Source: a virus (taxonomy: Duplodnaviria; Heunggongvirae; Uroviricota; Caudoviricetes). From it: a stretch of DNA of 64,000 bases. The notes below the pieces were generated by a model that was not told the DNA's origin, searched no databases, and worked only from the letters and a program-made list of their open reading frames with translations. Each line of letters starts with the position of its first letter. The first letter of the stretch is position 1. The position numbers and the translations under genes are program-made. The stretch lies in IMG/VR virus record IMGVR_UViG_3300045049_000270. The stretch is one strand, 5' to 3'. This document shows positions 27,571 to 38,231 of this stretch, in pieces.

Positions 27571-30459
27571 ATGGCAACATTGCTCAGTCCCGGCGTCGAC
27601 GTCGAGATTACAGACGAGTCATTCTATAATTCGTCTGGTAACGGTACCGTCCCTCTGATTGTTTTCGCAACAGCGGAAAATAAGGCTTCCCCAACAGGTA
27701 CAGGTATTGCTCCTGGTACTGTTCCGGGTACTGCTGGCCAGTTGTACAATATCTCCAGCCAGCGCGAGCTAATTCAGACATTCGGTAATCCACATTTCGA
27801 TTCAGTTCAAGGGACCACAGTTTATGGTTCCGAACTTAACGAATACGGTTTGCATGCAGCTTATCAATTCCTGGGTATCAGCAACAGCATTTATGCGCTG
27901 CGTGCTGATATCGACTTGGGCCAATTGCAACCAAACCAATCAGCACCAGTTGGTGCGCCAGTTAATGGTACATTCTGGTTTGACACAGCTGATACATTAT
28001 TTGGTGCATTCCAGAGTTCAGGTGCAACAAACACGTTGAATCCATTCAGCGTAAAGAATGTAACAGTTTTCTCCAGCACTACACAGTTGGATTCAAATGG
28101 TTACCCATTGGCAACCTTGGGTCAAGATGGTGATTTTGGTATTGTTACTGCCAATGCACCATTTATGATGTTTGAACGTATCAACACGAACAATGTCAGC
28201 GCTTGGTATCCAATTGGTTCCAAGGGTTGGACTTTGGCTAAGAATATTTTGCGTGGTTCAGCAGCGGTAGGTGCAGGCGGCATAACAGTTGCTCAAGGTG
28301 ACACCTTCTCAATTAATGGTGTTGCGGTCGTGGTTGGTACTGACACTTCGGCAGCTGGTATTACAACAGCAATCAACACGGCAATTGCTGCATCAAATCA
28401 ATCTGGTCTGATTACTGCATCATATGATTCAGCTGGTCGTATCATTCTTTCATACGCAGTTAACATGATTCTGGCTAATGTTGTTAATACACCATTGGCT
28501 TACTTGAATCTGGTAGCTGGTACTTATAACAGTGTTAAACTGACATTTGCTCCACACAACAAGATCCCACAAGGTAGCACCCAGGGTGATGTTTGGATTA
28601 AAACTACAACACCAAATCAAGGAGCCAATTACGTTGTTAAGCAATACAGCTCAACAACTGGATCATGGACAACTTTGACGGCCCCGTTGTATGACAACGA
28701 TGCAGATGCCAGCGCTGGTATTGGTGGTACTGTTCCAACTGGTTCAGTTTATGTTCAATATGATGCTGCTCCGTTGAACAATTATGCAACTGCTAGTTTC
28801 GATCTTCGTTATTACAACGGTTCGGCGTGGACAGATCTCGTTTTTGAACAAAGTGCAACTGCACCAACAACAGCACCAGCACAAGGTACATTGTGGTTCA
28901 ATAACGACTTCCAAGTTGATATTATGTACACCGATGGTGAATTGTGGCATGGTTACAAGAACCAATTTCCAAATACTGATCCAAATGGTGTAATTCTTTC
29001 TGGTTCAGCACCATTGTTGCAAACAGATGGTACATCATTGGTAGATCAAGACCTGTGGATTGATACGTCAGATCTTGAACACTATCCAAAGATTTACCGT
29101 TATGTAGCTGCGACTAAGACATGGACATTGCTCAATAACGCAGATCATACAACTCCATACGGTATTGTTTTTGCTGATGCACGCACAAATAGTGGTCCAG
29201 CTTATACTGGTTCTGGTACGAACTATAACTTCAACTCAGTTCTAGCAGCTGATATGCTGGTGTCAAACTATGTGGATCCTGATGCTCCTGATCCACGTAC
29301 ATATCCACTTGGAACATTGTTATTCAACACACGTTATTCAACATATAACGTGAAGAAGTGGGAACCAAACTGGTTCAACAAGGGTGGCTTCGAGACGGCA
29401 ACTGACTTCACACAAACATCATACAATGTGGGTGAAGCTACAGTCACATTTCCACCAGTAACAAATGCTGGTCGTTGGGTAACAGCTTCTGGAAACGATG
29501 TAACTGGCGCACCATACATGGGTCGTCATGCACAACGTCAGATGATTGTTCAAGCTTTGGCAGCACAATTCGCAAATAACCAGCAAATTCGCTCAGAAGT
29601 AGTTTTCTTCAACTTGATCGCTTGCCCAGGATACGTTGAATTGTTGAGCGAAATGGTTACTCTGAATAACGATTGTAAGGAAGTGGCTTTCATCGTTGGT
29701 GATACACCAGCACGTTTGACTCCAGATTCAACATCAATCTCACGTTGGGCGACAAACACAAACAACGTTGCGACTGATGGCGATAATGGTTTGGTGACAA
29801 AGAATCGTAACATTGGATTGTACTACCCATGGGGTTTCAGTACAAACATTGACGGTACTAACGTTGTAGTTCCACCATCAACGATTGCCTTGTACACCTA
29901 CGCATTTAACGATCAAATTGCTTACCCATGGTTTGCACCAGCAGGTTTCACACGTGGTTTAGTATCAAATGCGACTTCAGTTGGTTACTTGGATTCAACA
30001 AAGAATGATGAGTATGTTTCAGTTATTCTGAACCCGGGCCAACGCGATACTTTGTATACAAACAGCATCAACCCAATTGCATACATTCCAAATCGCGGTT
30101 TGGTAGTTTACGGCCAGAAGACTTTGGATCCGCTGTCACAAGCAACAGATCGTGTAAATGTGGCTCGCTTGTGTAACTACTTACAGTATCATTTGGATTT
30201 GGTTGCCAAGCCATTCTTGTTTGAACAAAATGATCAACAAACACGTGATGCGTTCCGAGTAGCGATTGAACGTTTCCTGAGTGGTCTAGTTGGTTTGCAA
30301 GCTCTGAATGACTTTGCTGTTGTTTGCGATACATCAAACAACACACCAGCTCGTATTGATGCAAATGAATTGTGGTGCGATATCTTTATCCAACCAATCA
30401 AATCAATTGAGTTCATCTACTTGCCAGTTCGTATACAGAACACTGGTGCAACACACTAA
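27571..30459 (+). CDS. gp18: Tail sheath protein (T4 gp18-like) with large insertions
   Basis: LLSPGV N-terminus, PWFAPAGFTRG, INPI, GQKT, DRVNVARL, PIKSIEFI; GGAGG RBS; ATAAATA at 27533. Confidence 0.96.
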   Translation: MATLLSPGVDVEITDESFYNSSGNGTVPLIVFATAENKASPTGTGIAPGTVPGTAGQLYNISSQRELIQTFGNPHFDSVQGTTVYGSELNEYGLHAAYQFLGISNSIYALRADIDLGQLQPNQSAPVGAPVNGTFWFDTADTLFGAFQSSGATNTLNPFSVKNVTVFSSTTQLDSNGYPLATLGQDGDFGIVTANAPFMMFERINTNNVSAWYPIGSKGWTLAKNILRGSAAVGAGGITVAQGDTFSINGVAVVVGTDTSAAGITTAINTAIAASNQSGLITASYDSAGRIILSYAVNMILANVVNTPLAYLNLVAGTYNSVKLTFAPHNKIPQGSTQGDVWIKTTTPNQGANYVVKQYSSTTGSWTTLTAPLYDNDADASAGIGGTVPTGSVYVQYDAAPLNNYATASFDLRYYNGSAWTDLVFEQSATAPTTAPAQGTLWFNNDFQVDIMYTDGELWHGYKNQFPNTDPNGVILSGSAPLLQTDGTSLVDQDLWIDTSDLEHYPKIYRYVAATKTWTLLNNADHTTPYGIVFADARTNSGPAYTGSGTNYNFNSVLAADMLVSNYVDPDAPDPRTYPLGTLLFNTRYSTYNVKKWEPNWFNKGGFETATDFTQTSYNVGEATVTFPPVTNAGRWVTASGNDVTGAPYMGRHAQRQMIVQALAAQFANNQQIRSEVVFFNLIACPGYVELLSEMVTLNNDCKEVAFIVGDTPARLTPDSTSISRWATNTNNVATDGDNGLVTKNRNIGLYYPWGFSTNIDGTNVVVPPSTIALYTYAFNDQIAYPWFAPAGFTRGLVSNATSVGYLDSTKNDEYVSVILNPGQRDTLYTNSINPIAYIPNRGLVVYGQKTLDPLSQATDRVNVARLCNYLQYHLDLVAKPFLFEQNDQQTRDAFRVAIERFLSGLVGLQALNDFAVVCDTSNNTPARIDANELWCDIFIQPIKSIEFIYLPVRIQNTGATH

Positions 30460-30476
30460 GTAGTTGAATAATTAAC

Positions 30477-30512
30477 ATGGTTCTGCCAATTGTAAAAGAT
30501 TGGCAGAACCAT
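30477..30512 (+). terminator. Stem-loop terminator
   Basis: ATGGTTCTGCCAAT/ATTGGCAGAACCAT. Confidence 0.65.
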
Positions 30513-30525
30513 TACCATTGGAACT

Positions 30526-30864
30526 ATGAAAAAAGAAAGAAATTTCAAGATCCGCATTCATAATCTGGACTTAACTACCACTACATTTTTTGTAGCCGCC
30601 GAAGATCACGCCGAGGTATTCCGTAGATTTTCCGGCATCATTCGGAACAAAGGTTATGTGGAATCTCGATCCTACTGGCGTGGATATCACCAACAGATTA
30701 ATTTACATAATTATAATCGTATTGTAGCGATGAGTACCCGCCAGAATTGCAAAACCCGAACATATTATTTCATGCCAGTCAATACCCAAAAGTCAGCATT
30801 TCGACTATCATATTCAGATCGAGTAAAAATTGAAGTAGCCATGGAAGTCACAAAACTGAAATAA
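30526..30864 (+). CDS. Hypothetical protein
   Basis: 112-aa ORF. Confidence 0.65.
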   Translation: MKKERNFKIRIHNLDLTTTTFFVAAEDHAEVFRRFSGIIRNKGYVESRSYWRGYHQQINLHNYNRIVAMSTRQNCKTRTYYFMPVNTQKSAFRLSYSDRVKIEVAMEVTKLK

Positions 30865-30867
30865 TAT

Positions 30868-30896
30868 TTGCTTGATTGCTTGTCAATTGTTACTAT
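30868..30896 (+). promoter_or_regulatory. Sigma70-like promoter of the candidate ncRNA
   Basis: TTGCTT-17 nt-TACTAT. Confidence 0.6.
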
Positions 30897-30901
30897 CTAT
30901 G

Positions 30902-31138
30902 AAGCTGTAAAGCTAGTGGGCGAAGGGCTTCACTGTCCTGAACCTATAAAGTCTTCTACTGGTGACTAGGCTGCGTTTGGCAGAACGCACAATGGTAGGT
31001 CTCGATTAGCCTCGAGGGGTAGAAAGACATGTGTGAGTTTACACACTAAGTCCACTAGGGTATGTTCACGGTTAGTCTACCCGGCCTGCCCGACTAAGCT
31101 GCCCCAAGTGCGCAATTGGGGTAACCGTGAGCTTTTTT
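30902..31138 (+). ncRNA. Candidate structured non-coding RNA of unknown family
   Basis: GC-richer than its flanks; at least 8 nested stems; own promoter; closing stem followed by T6. Confidence 0.65.
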
Positions 31139-31209
31139 CATCTAAATTAACTGCGTCTATATCGTTCTTCAATAAATACGAGTTGGATATCCAACTTTGG
31201 AGGAACGAT

Positions 31210-31797
31210 ATGTCTTCTACACTTTCACGCTTTGGCGTACCATTGGGCGGCGGTGCCGGTCGTGGTGGTATTCTTCAGCCAAAGGTAAAGTACAAGTTCC
31301 GCGTTCGTGTAATTAACTTTGGACCACTACAAGGTGGTATGGAACTGTCACAACAGGTCATGTCTGTTGGTCGTCCAAAGCTTGCTCATGAACCTGTAGC
31401 TGTACACTCATACAATTCAACAATGTACTACCCTGGTAAGGGTCAGTACGAAGCCATCTCACTGAAAGTACGTGACGATGTTACCAACTCAGTGGCAACA
31501 CTAGTTGGTTATCAAGAACAAAAGCAATTGAATCACTTTGACCAGACAAGCGCATTGGCTGGTATCAATTACAAGTTCAATATGTATATTGAAACCCTGG
31601 ACGGTGGTGACGACACTGTTCTGGAACAATGGTACTTGGAAGGTTGCTTCTTGGCTAACGTTGAGTATGATGAATTTGAATACTCAAGCTCAGAAGTGAT
31701 GACAATCACAATGAGCATCCGTTATGATAACGCAACACAAAGCGGTGGCTTGATGCCAACAACAGTTCAATTGCTGACAGGCTCAATGCTCGGTTAA
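31210..31797 (+). CDS. gp19: Tail tube protein (T4 gp19-like)
   Basis: QPKVKYKFRV, WYLEGCF, IRYDNA; ATAAATA at 31172 and GGAGG RBS before ATG 31210. Confidence 0.88.
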   Translation: MSSTLSRFGVPLGGGAGRGGILQPKVKYKFRVRVINFGPLQGGMELSQQVMSVGRPKLAHEPVAVHSYNSTMYYPGKGQYEAISLKVRDDVTNSVATLVGYQEQKQLNHFDQTSALAGINYKFNMYIETLDGGDDTVLEQWYLEGCFLANVEYDEFEYSSSEVMTITMSIRYDNATQSGGLMPTTVQLLTGSMLG

Positions 31798-31801
31798 TTG
31801 A

Positions 31802-33211
31802 ATGGCAACAAGATTTGATCAATTCGGCAATCCGGTCATTTGGGCCGGACCGAACGATGCGGCGACTGTTTTTGGGCAAAACCAACAGGCGTTTAGTGCA
31901 AATGCTCAGAGCTACGCGGGGACACCACGCCCCCGCTATTTGTTCATGGTGCGATTTGTTCGTGCAAGTGGATCTGGCAGTGCTAAATGGGCTGACGGGA
32001 TGTCTTTTGCCGTCCGCATGTTTGATCGACCAAAAGTTCAACCTGTTGTACAAGAACTTAATCAATATAATAAGAAACGCTTGATTCAAACTGGTGTAAA
32101 ATATTCACCAGTAAAGATCTCTTTTTACGATACCATAGATGCCGCCGTACAGCAAATGTGGTATGAATATACAAATTTCTATTTTGGCGACTTCCGCCAA
32201 AGTACGGGTCGAGCTTGGCTTTACGATGTTACTGCTCCTAATTTCCAAGGTGGCGAAAATGGCTTTGGTTTTTCTCCAAACTTGGGTTTTGATTCAGTAA
32301 ATGATTTGAGCAAGACTGCATATTTCTTTGACAAGATAGAATGCTATCAGTTCTATGCTGGTGAATATCTGCAATTCGACTTAATTAACCCCAAGATTGT
32401 TTCCTTCGATCCTGATGCATTTGAGAGTGAACGCTCAGAAGCTCATGGTATTGATATGTCTATCGAATATGAAGCAATCGAATATCAAAATCAAAACCTG
32501 CCGGCGTCAATACGTTCCAATTCATTCTTGAGTTCATGGTTTGGTAAACTAAACCCAGCATACGATCCCTTCACAGTTCCTGGCTATATTCCTGGTGCTA
32601 ATGCACCAGGAGATTATTCACAGAGCGCGGGTTTGGCTTCATCTTTAAATATTGGTTCTGATTTATTGGGTTTGGCTGCTACTTTCTTGGCTCCTGGTGG
32701 TACGAATCAACTTGGTAATGCTGCTAAAACTATTGGGACTGGTATTTTGGGTTCATTTGGAACTGCGATATTTGGCCAGAATAATCCTTTAAGTGGTGCA
32801 GTTCAGGGTGCCATTCCAGGTATTATGAATGGTAGTTTCAATGGTGCCAGTTTTGGTAATCAATTGATTAATGGAATCTCAAGAAATCCATCTGCTGCTT
32901 TGGCCACATTGACTACTAATCAGCAGATTCCTGCTACTGTTTTTAATCAATCATTGGGTGTAATTGGTAAATTTGTAAGTCCAAATGCACCAGCTTCAAC
33001 AACTCAAGGCTTGGCCGCCGCCGCCGCCACTAGTGCCGCAGTAAGTAACGGCTTATCGGTTGATAATGTAATTGCCAATACAAATACAAATCTAAATCCA
33101 TCGTCAGCTCTTCTTGCAACTATGAATGCCAATAGTCCATCAGGAGCTCAAGTGGGTTACTTCAATGCACCACAAATTGGTGATTTTGACGATCCATCTA
33201 ATTATTCGTAA
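31802..33211 (+). CDS. Tail tube-like baseplate protein (gp48/gp54-like)
   Basis: DRPK, NQYNKKR, YSPVKISFYD, LINPKI tube-fold motifs plus a low-complexity C-terminus. Confidence 0.7.
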   Translation: MATRFDQFGNPVIWAGPNDAATVFGQNQQAFSANAQSYAGTPRPRYLFMVRFVRASGSGSAKWADGMSFAVRMFDRPKVQPVVQELNQYNKKRLIQTGVKYSPVKISFYDTIDAAVQQMWYEYTNFYFGDFRQSTGRAWLYDVTAPNFQGGENGFGFSPNLGFDSVNDLSKTAYFFDKIECYQFYAGEYLQFDLINPKIVSFDPDAFESERSEAHGIDMSIEYEAIEYQNQNLPASIRSNSFLSSWFGKLNPAYDPFTVPGYIPGANAPGDYSQSAGLASSLNIGSDLLGLAATFLAPGGTNQLGNAAKTIGTGILGSFGTAIFGQNNPLSGAVQGAIPGIMNGSFNGASFGNQLINGISRNPSAALATLTTNQQIPATVFNQSLGVIGKFVSPNAPASTTQGLAAAAATSAAVSNGLSVDNVIANTNTNLNPSSALLATMNANSPSGAQVGYFNAPQIGDFDDPSNYS

Positions 33212-33216
33212 TTCTT

Positions 33217-33648
33217 ATGACAAAATACAGTCAAGGCGAATATACGCCGGTCAATGCATCTAAGTACGTGGGTAAATATCCTATCGCTTATCGTTCGTCA
33301 TGGGAATTGTCAGTTTTCCGTGTATTAGATGCTCATCCAAACGTAACCCAATGGGCTAGTGAGAGTATCACTATTCCATATATGCATCCATTGACTGGTA
33401 AGTGGACATTTTATGTCCCAGACCTTTTGATCGTCTTTACTGATAAAAACGGTGTTAAACGTGCCGAATTGGTTGAAATCAAACCAGCAAAAGAAACATA
33501 TGACGATAGAGCAAAGAGCAAACGAGATAAAGCGGTGTTGGCCGTAAATAAAGCGAAATGGGCAGCCGCTATGGCGTGGTGTCATAAAAATGGTTTGACC
33601 TTTCGTGTACTTACGGAAATTCAACTTTTCCATACTGGTAAAAAATGA
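33217..33648 (+). CDS. gp4: Head completion nuclease (T4 gp4-like, TnsA-like)
   Basis: KYVG, YRSSWE, WASE, YVPD, VEIKP, NKAKW, FRVLTE. Confidence 0.93.
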   Translation: MTKYSQGEYTPVNASKYVGKYPIAYRSSWELSVFRVLDAHPNVTQWASESITIPYMHPLTGKWTFYVPDLLIVFTDKNGVKRAELVEIKPAKETYDDRAKSKRDKAVLAVNKAKWAAAMAWCHKNGLTFRVLTEIQLFHTGKK

Positions 33649-34193
33649 GTACAAAAATCCAAGAAGCATTAGAACTACCAACTCTTGAAAATTTGCTGAA
33701 AGCAAGCGCGAAGGACGTGGCTGATGTTAATGCCGAACCGGAACAAGATATACCTGAAGAACAGGATCCATTAGCAATGCAACTAGGCGAAGTTCTAGGC
33801 ACAGGCGGCGCGGTCCTACCACCAGAAGCGGTAGATGAAAAAGAAGCTAAAGATCACGCTGATAGTATGGATCACATTTATGAAGAAACTTTGCAACACG
33901 CAAAGGATCTGATGGATCTTGGATACAACGTGGATACTCGTTCAGCTGGTCGTATATTTGAAAATTCGGCCAATATGTTCAAGATTGCACTTGAAGCAAA
34001 GAATTCCAAACGTAAAGCCCAGCTTGATCGAATCAAACTAGATCAAGAACAACAGAAGATTGATATTGTTGAACGCAAAACCAGAAATGAAAATGATGAG
34101 ATATCATCTGGCGTGATCGATACTGGTAGCGTAATCATCGAAGATCGTAATGAATTGATTCGCCGTTTACGTGGTGATAATTCCGATAAATAA
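33645..34193 (+). CDS. Putative terminase small subunit
   Basis: DLMDLGYNV helix pair and C-terminal DRNELI; near the large terminase. Confidence 0.6.
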   Translation: MSTKIQEALELPTLENLLKASAKDVADVNAEPEQDIPEEQDPLAMQLGEVLGTGGAVLPPEAVDEKEAKDHADSMDHIYEETLQHAKDLMDLGYNVDTRSAGRIFENSANMFKIALEAKNSKRKAQLDRIKLDQEQQKIDIVERKTRNENDEISSGVIDTGSVIIEDRNELIRRLRGDNSDK

Positions 34194-34221
34194 ACGGATA
34201 TTATAGCTCCGGAGACCCCGA

Positions 34222-35010
34222 ATGAATTTCAGACAATACTTGGAAGAAAGCACGAAGACATACAAGTACCGTATGAAAGCGGTTGTCGATTTGAGCGAAG
34301 GCGACACACTTGATCGCATCGAAACTTATCTACAACGCTTCAAATTGGTTGATATCTCACGTCCTTTCAAAACGATTCTTCAAAAGGCACCTCTCGACTT
34401 TCCTAATGTTCAAAATGCCGAAGTCTTTATGATTGACTTCGAAACAGCTTTTCCATTGAGCAGCTATGTAGCAGCAGAAGAACTGCGTACACTTCTCAAT
34501 ATTCCTGGTGGCAGTATTGTTGTTCGTGGTGCAAACGAACCAATCGAGATTGAAACCAAGCTGTTGAATCAGAAGGCGGAAGTAGAAGAAGCAGCTGAAA
34601 AGAAAGATTTGAAGCCAGCACCTTTGCTTAATACTGACTCTCAATATCCTGAGAGCGAGCAAGGTACTGATGGTCAAAACTATTACGGCAATTCATACAA
34701 TAGTCGTTTCCTTGACACTATCAAGGAAATTGAAGATTCCCGTAAAGCAACTAAATTCGATCCACCAGCACCATTGTTTAAATGGCTAGAAATGCCAAAG
34801 AAAAGCAATGAACCGGTACAGCCAGAAGTAAATTTCAATTCGGATATTGAAATGCCAAAGGTTGAAAAGGCTGACAAAGATGCTCGTGAAGTTTCTCCAA
34901 ATGGTAACTTCTCAACATTAGATGCTGAATTCAAGAAAGATTTTATTAACCCACGCACTGGTGCGGCAAAGACTCTTGCGCCCAAGATGCCCAAAGCGAA
35001 GAAGAAATAA
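34222..35010 (+). CDS. Putative head-associated protein
   Basis: ATAAATA at 34186; MNFRQYLEE leader. Confidence 0.7.
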   Translation: MNFRQYLEESTKTYKYRMKAVVDLSEGDTLDRIETYLQRFKLVDISRPFKTILQKAPLDFPNVQNAEVFMIDFETAFPLSSYVAAEELRTLLNIPGGSIVVRGANEPIEIETKLLNQKAEVEEAAEKKDLKPAPLLNTDSQYPESEQGTDGQNYYGNSYNSRFLDTIKEIEDSRKATKFDPPAPLFKWLEMPKKSNEPVQPEVNFNSDIEMPKVEKADKDAREVSPNGNFSTLDAEFKKDFINPRTGAAKTLAPKMPKAKKK

Positions 35011-36143
35011 TGAGCAAATTGGACATTAATCGTATTTTGAAGCTGGCAGGTGTTAAACAGCTGAATGAAAACGGCGACTATGACTTTGGTCATGTCGAGC
35101 CACGTACTCATAAAGTTGAAGCTATACCAAGCAAGCCAGGTCAAGCTAATCTACCAGTTCGCATGATCAATCGTCAAGGTGATAATCCTTTGGTTGATGA
35201 AGAAGATGGCGAACCAATGCAAGGTGAAGAACCAGTAAAGCCATTGGAACAAGAACAAATCTGCACATTGCTGGTTAATGGTCACCCGCATGAAGTAACC
35301 ATCCAATATGCTGGTAAAATGTTTATAACCTATCGTGATAACTTAACTGGTAAAACTGACACAGTGCTACGCTCAGAATTCGAAGCAGATTTGAACGCTC
35401 CTGCCGAAGCAGAGGTAGATGAAGATAATTGGGGCAAGCCAATTAGTTTTCAAACACCATCATATCATCAAACAGATGATATGGAAATGAATCAAAACAA
35501 TTTGGAAGACGATCCACGCTGGAACGAAGTTAATGCGTTGCAAGCACAACAGCAATTTACTGCGGCAAAAGAATTGATCAACCAAATTCGTTATGATCAT
35601 CATATGCAAGAATCTATTGATGAAGGTGTGATGGACATTATCCATGCTGCTGTACCACCAGAAACAGTTGAAAAGTTGCATCAATTACTCGCAAAGATTG
35701 GTATTCACGATGCTGCAATTCTTGCTCATGACGTTGATTTAACACCAGCTGGTTACACTAAATTGGCACATAAGCTGACTGGTGAAGCTATGAGTGATGC
35801 GGATGCAAAGGATTATTGCAAGCATGTTATGCATGCTTTGGCTCAACAATTGGAAGAACATGTACCACACGTGGTAGATGAATCTGATGAAATGCTGCAC
35901 GAGTTCATCGGTGGAGAGCATCGATTCAATTATGTCACGGATACTATGGGAAATGTTCAGATTTCTGATGCAGTAACTGGTGCGAGTGTTTATCTGCAGG
36001 GTCAAGATGCACAAGAGTTTCTTGGTGCAATTGAACAAGCTGGTGGTGACGAAGATTTAGAACAAGACATCATGTCACAGTATGAACACGTCATGGATGG
36101 ACAATTGGATGCGGAAGGCAATGAAATTGGCTTGAATTTCTAA
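35010..36143 (+). CDS. Putative internal head protein
   Basis: INRILKLAGV leader; acidic; several (L/V/I)xE sites. Confidence 0.7.
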   Translation: MSKLDINRILKLAGVKQLNENGDYDFGHVEPRTHKVEAIPSKPGQANLPVRMINRQGDNPLVDEEDGEPMQGEEPVKPLEQEQICTLLVNGHPHEVTIQYAGKMFITYRDNLTGKTDTVLRSEFEADLNAPAEAEVDEDNWGKPISFQTPSYHQTDDMEMNQNNLEDDPRWNEVNALQAQQQFTAAKELINQIRYDHHMQESIDEGVMDIIHAAVPPETVEKLHQLLAKIGIHDAAILAHDVDLTPAGYTKLAHKLTGEAMSDADAKDYCKHVMHALAQQLEEHVPHVVDESDEMLHEFIGGEHRFNYVTDTMGNVQISDAVTGASVYLQGQDAQEFLGAIEQAGGDEDLEQDIMSQYEHVMDGQLDAEGNEIGLNF

Positions 36144-36161
36144 TAAATCGGTAGAAATTAC

Positions 36162-36194
36162 AAGAAAGGGACGGGAAGCCGTCCCTTTCTTTTT
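36162..36194 (+). terminator. Terminator
   Basis: AAGAAAGGGACGG-gaag-CCGTCCCTTTCTT followed by a T-tract. Confidence 0.85.
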
Positions 36195-36228
36195 AAATAA
36201 AGATATAAACCAATAATAAAGAAGTCGT

Positions 36229-36612
36229 ATGCATATTCTTTTTGAATCTCATCCAAAAATAAAAGGTTGTATGAACACTATGACAAAAAAAGAACGGAGC
36301 ACTGTTGATTTCTCCAAATGGGAACTCAATAGTGCCGGATACGTTCATAGTGTTGAAACTACTATGCCAGACTATTCATTCGAAGACAAACTATTGTGGG
36401 AAGATAGCGAAAAGCAAAACAGCATTGAAACAAGTGGTATGCTTCCTTTAGAAATTCAAGAATGGTTTGATGAGAATGTAAAAGGGCTTTGGTTTTATGA
36501 AGTGCGATTTGGAACCAATAAAGCTGAAAGAATGTTTTATAAGAAAATGGTTTTCACATTCCACTTCGAAAAAACAGAAGATGCAGCGATTTTTAAATTG
36601 AAGTGGTGTTAA
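36229..36612 (+). CDS. Small protein, family B
   Basis: EWFDENVKGLW and C-terminal FHFEKTEDAAIFKLKW. Confidence 0.75.
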   Translation: MHILFESHPKIKGCMNTMTKKERSTVDFSKWELNSAGYVHSVETTMPDYSFEDKLLWEDSEKQNSIETSGMLPLEIQEWFDENVKGLWFYEVRFGTNKAERMFYKKMVFTFHFEKTEDAAIFKLKWC

Positions 36613-38196
<1,584 letters not shown>

Positions 38197-38231
38197 TAAA
38201 TAAGTCTAGTTATTAACCAATCGGATAACCA

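Noticed and set aside
30902-31138. tRNA, tmRNA, RNase P or group I intron identity for the structured region
   Set aside because: No TTCRA T-loop or CCA end, no GAGGAAAGTCC core, and it does not interrupt a gene
31033-31209. N-terminal extension of the tail tube ORF from GTG 31033
   Set aside because: It overlaps the structured RNA and terminator; the late promoter and GGAGG RBS point to ATG 31210
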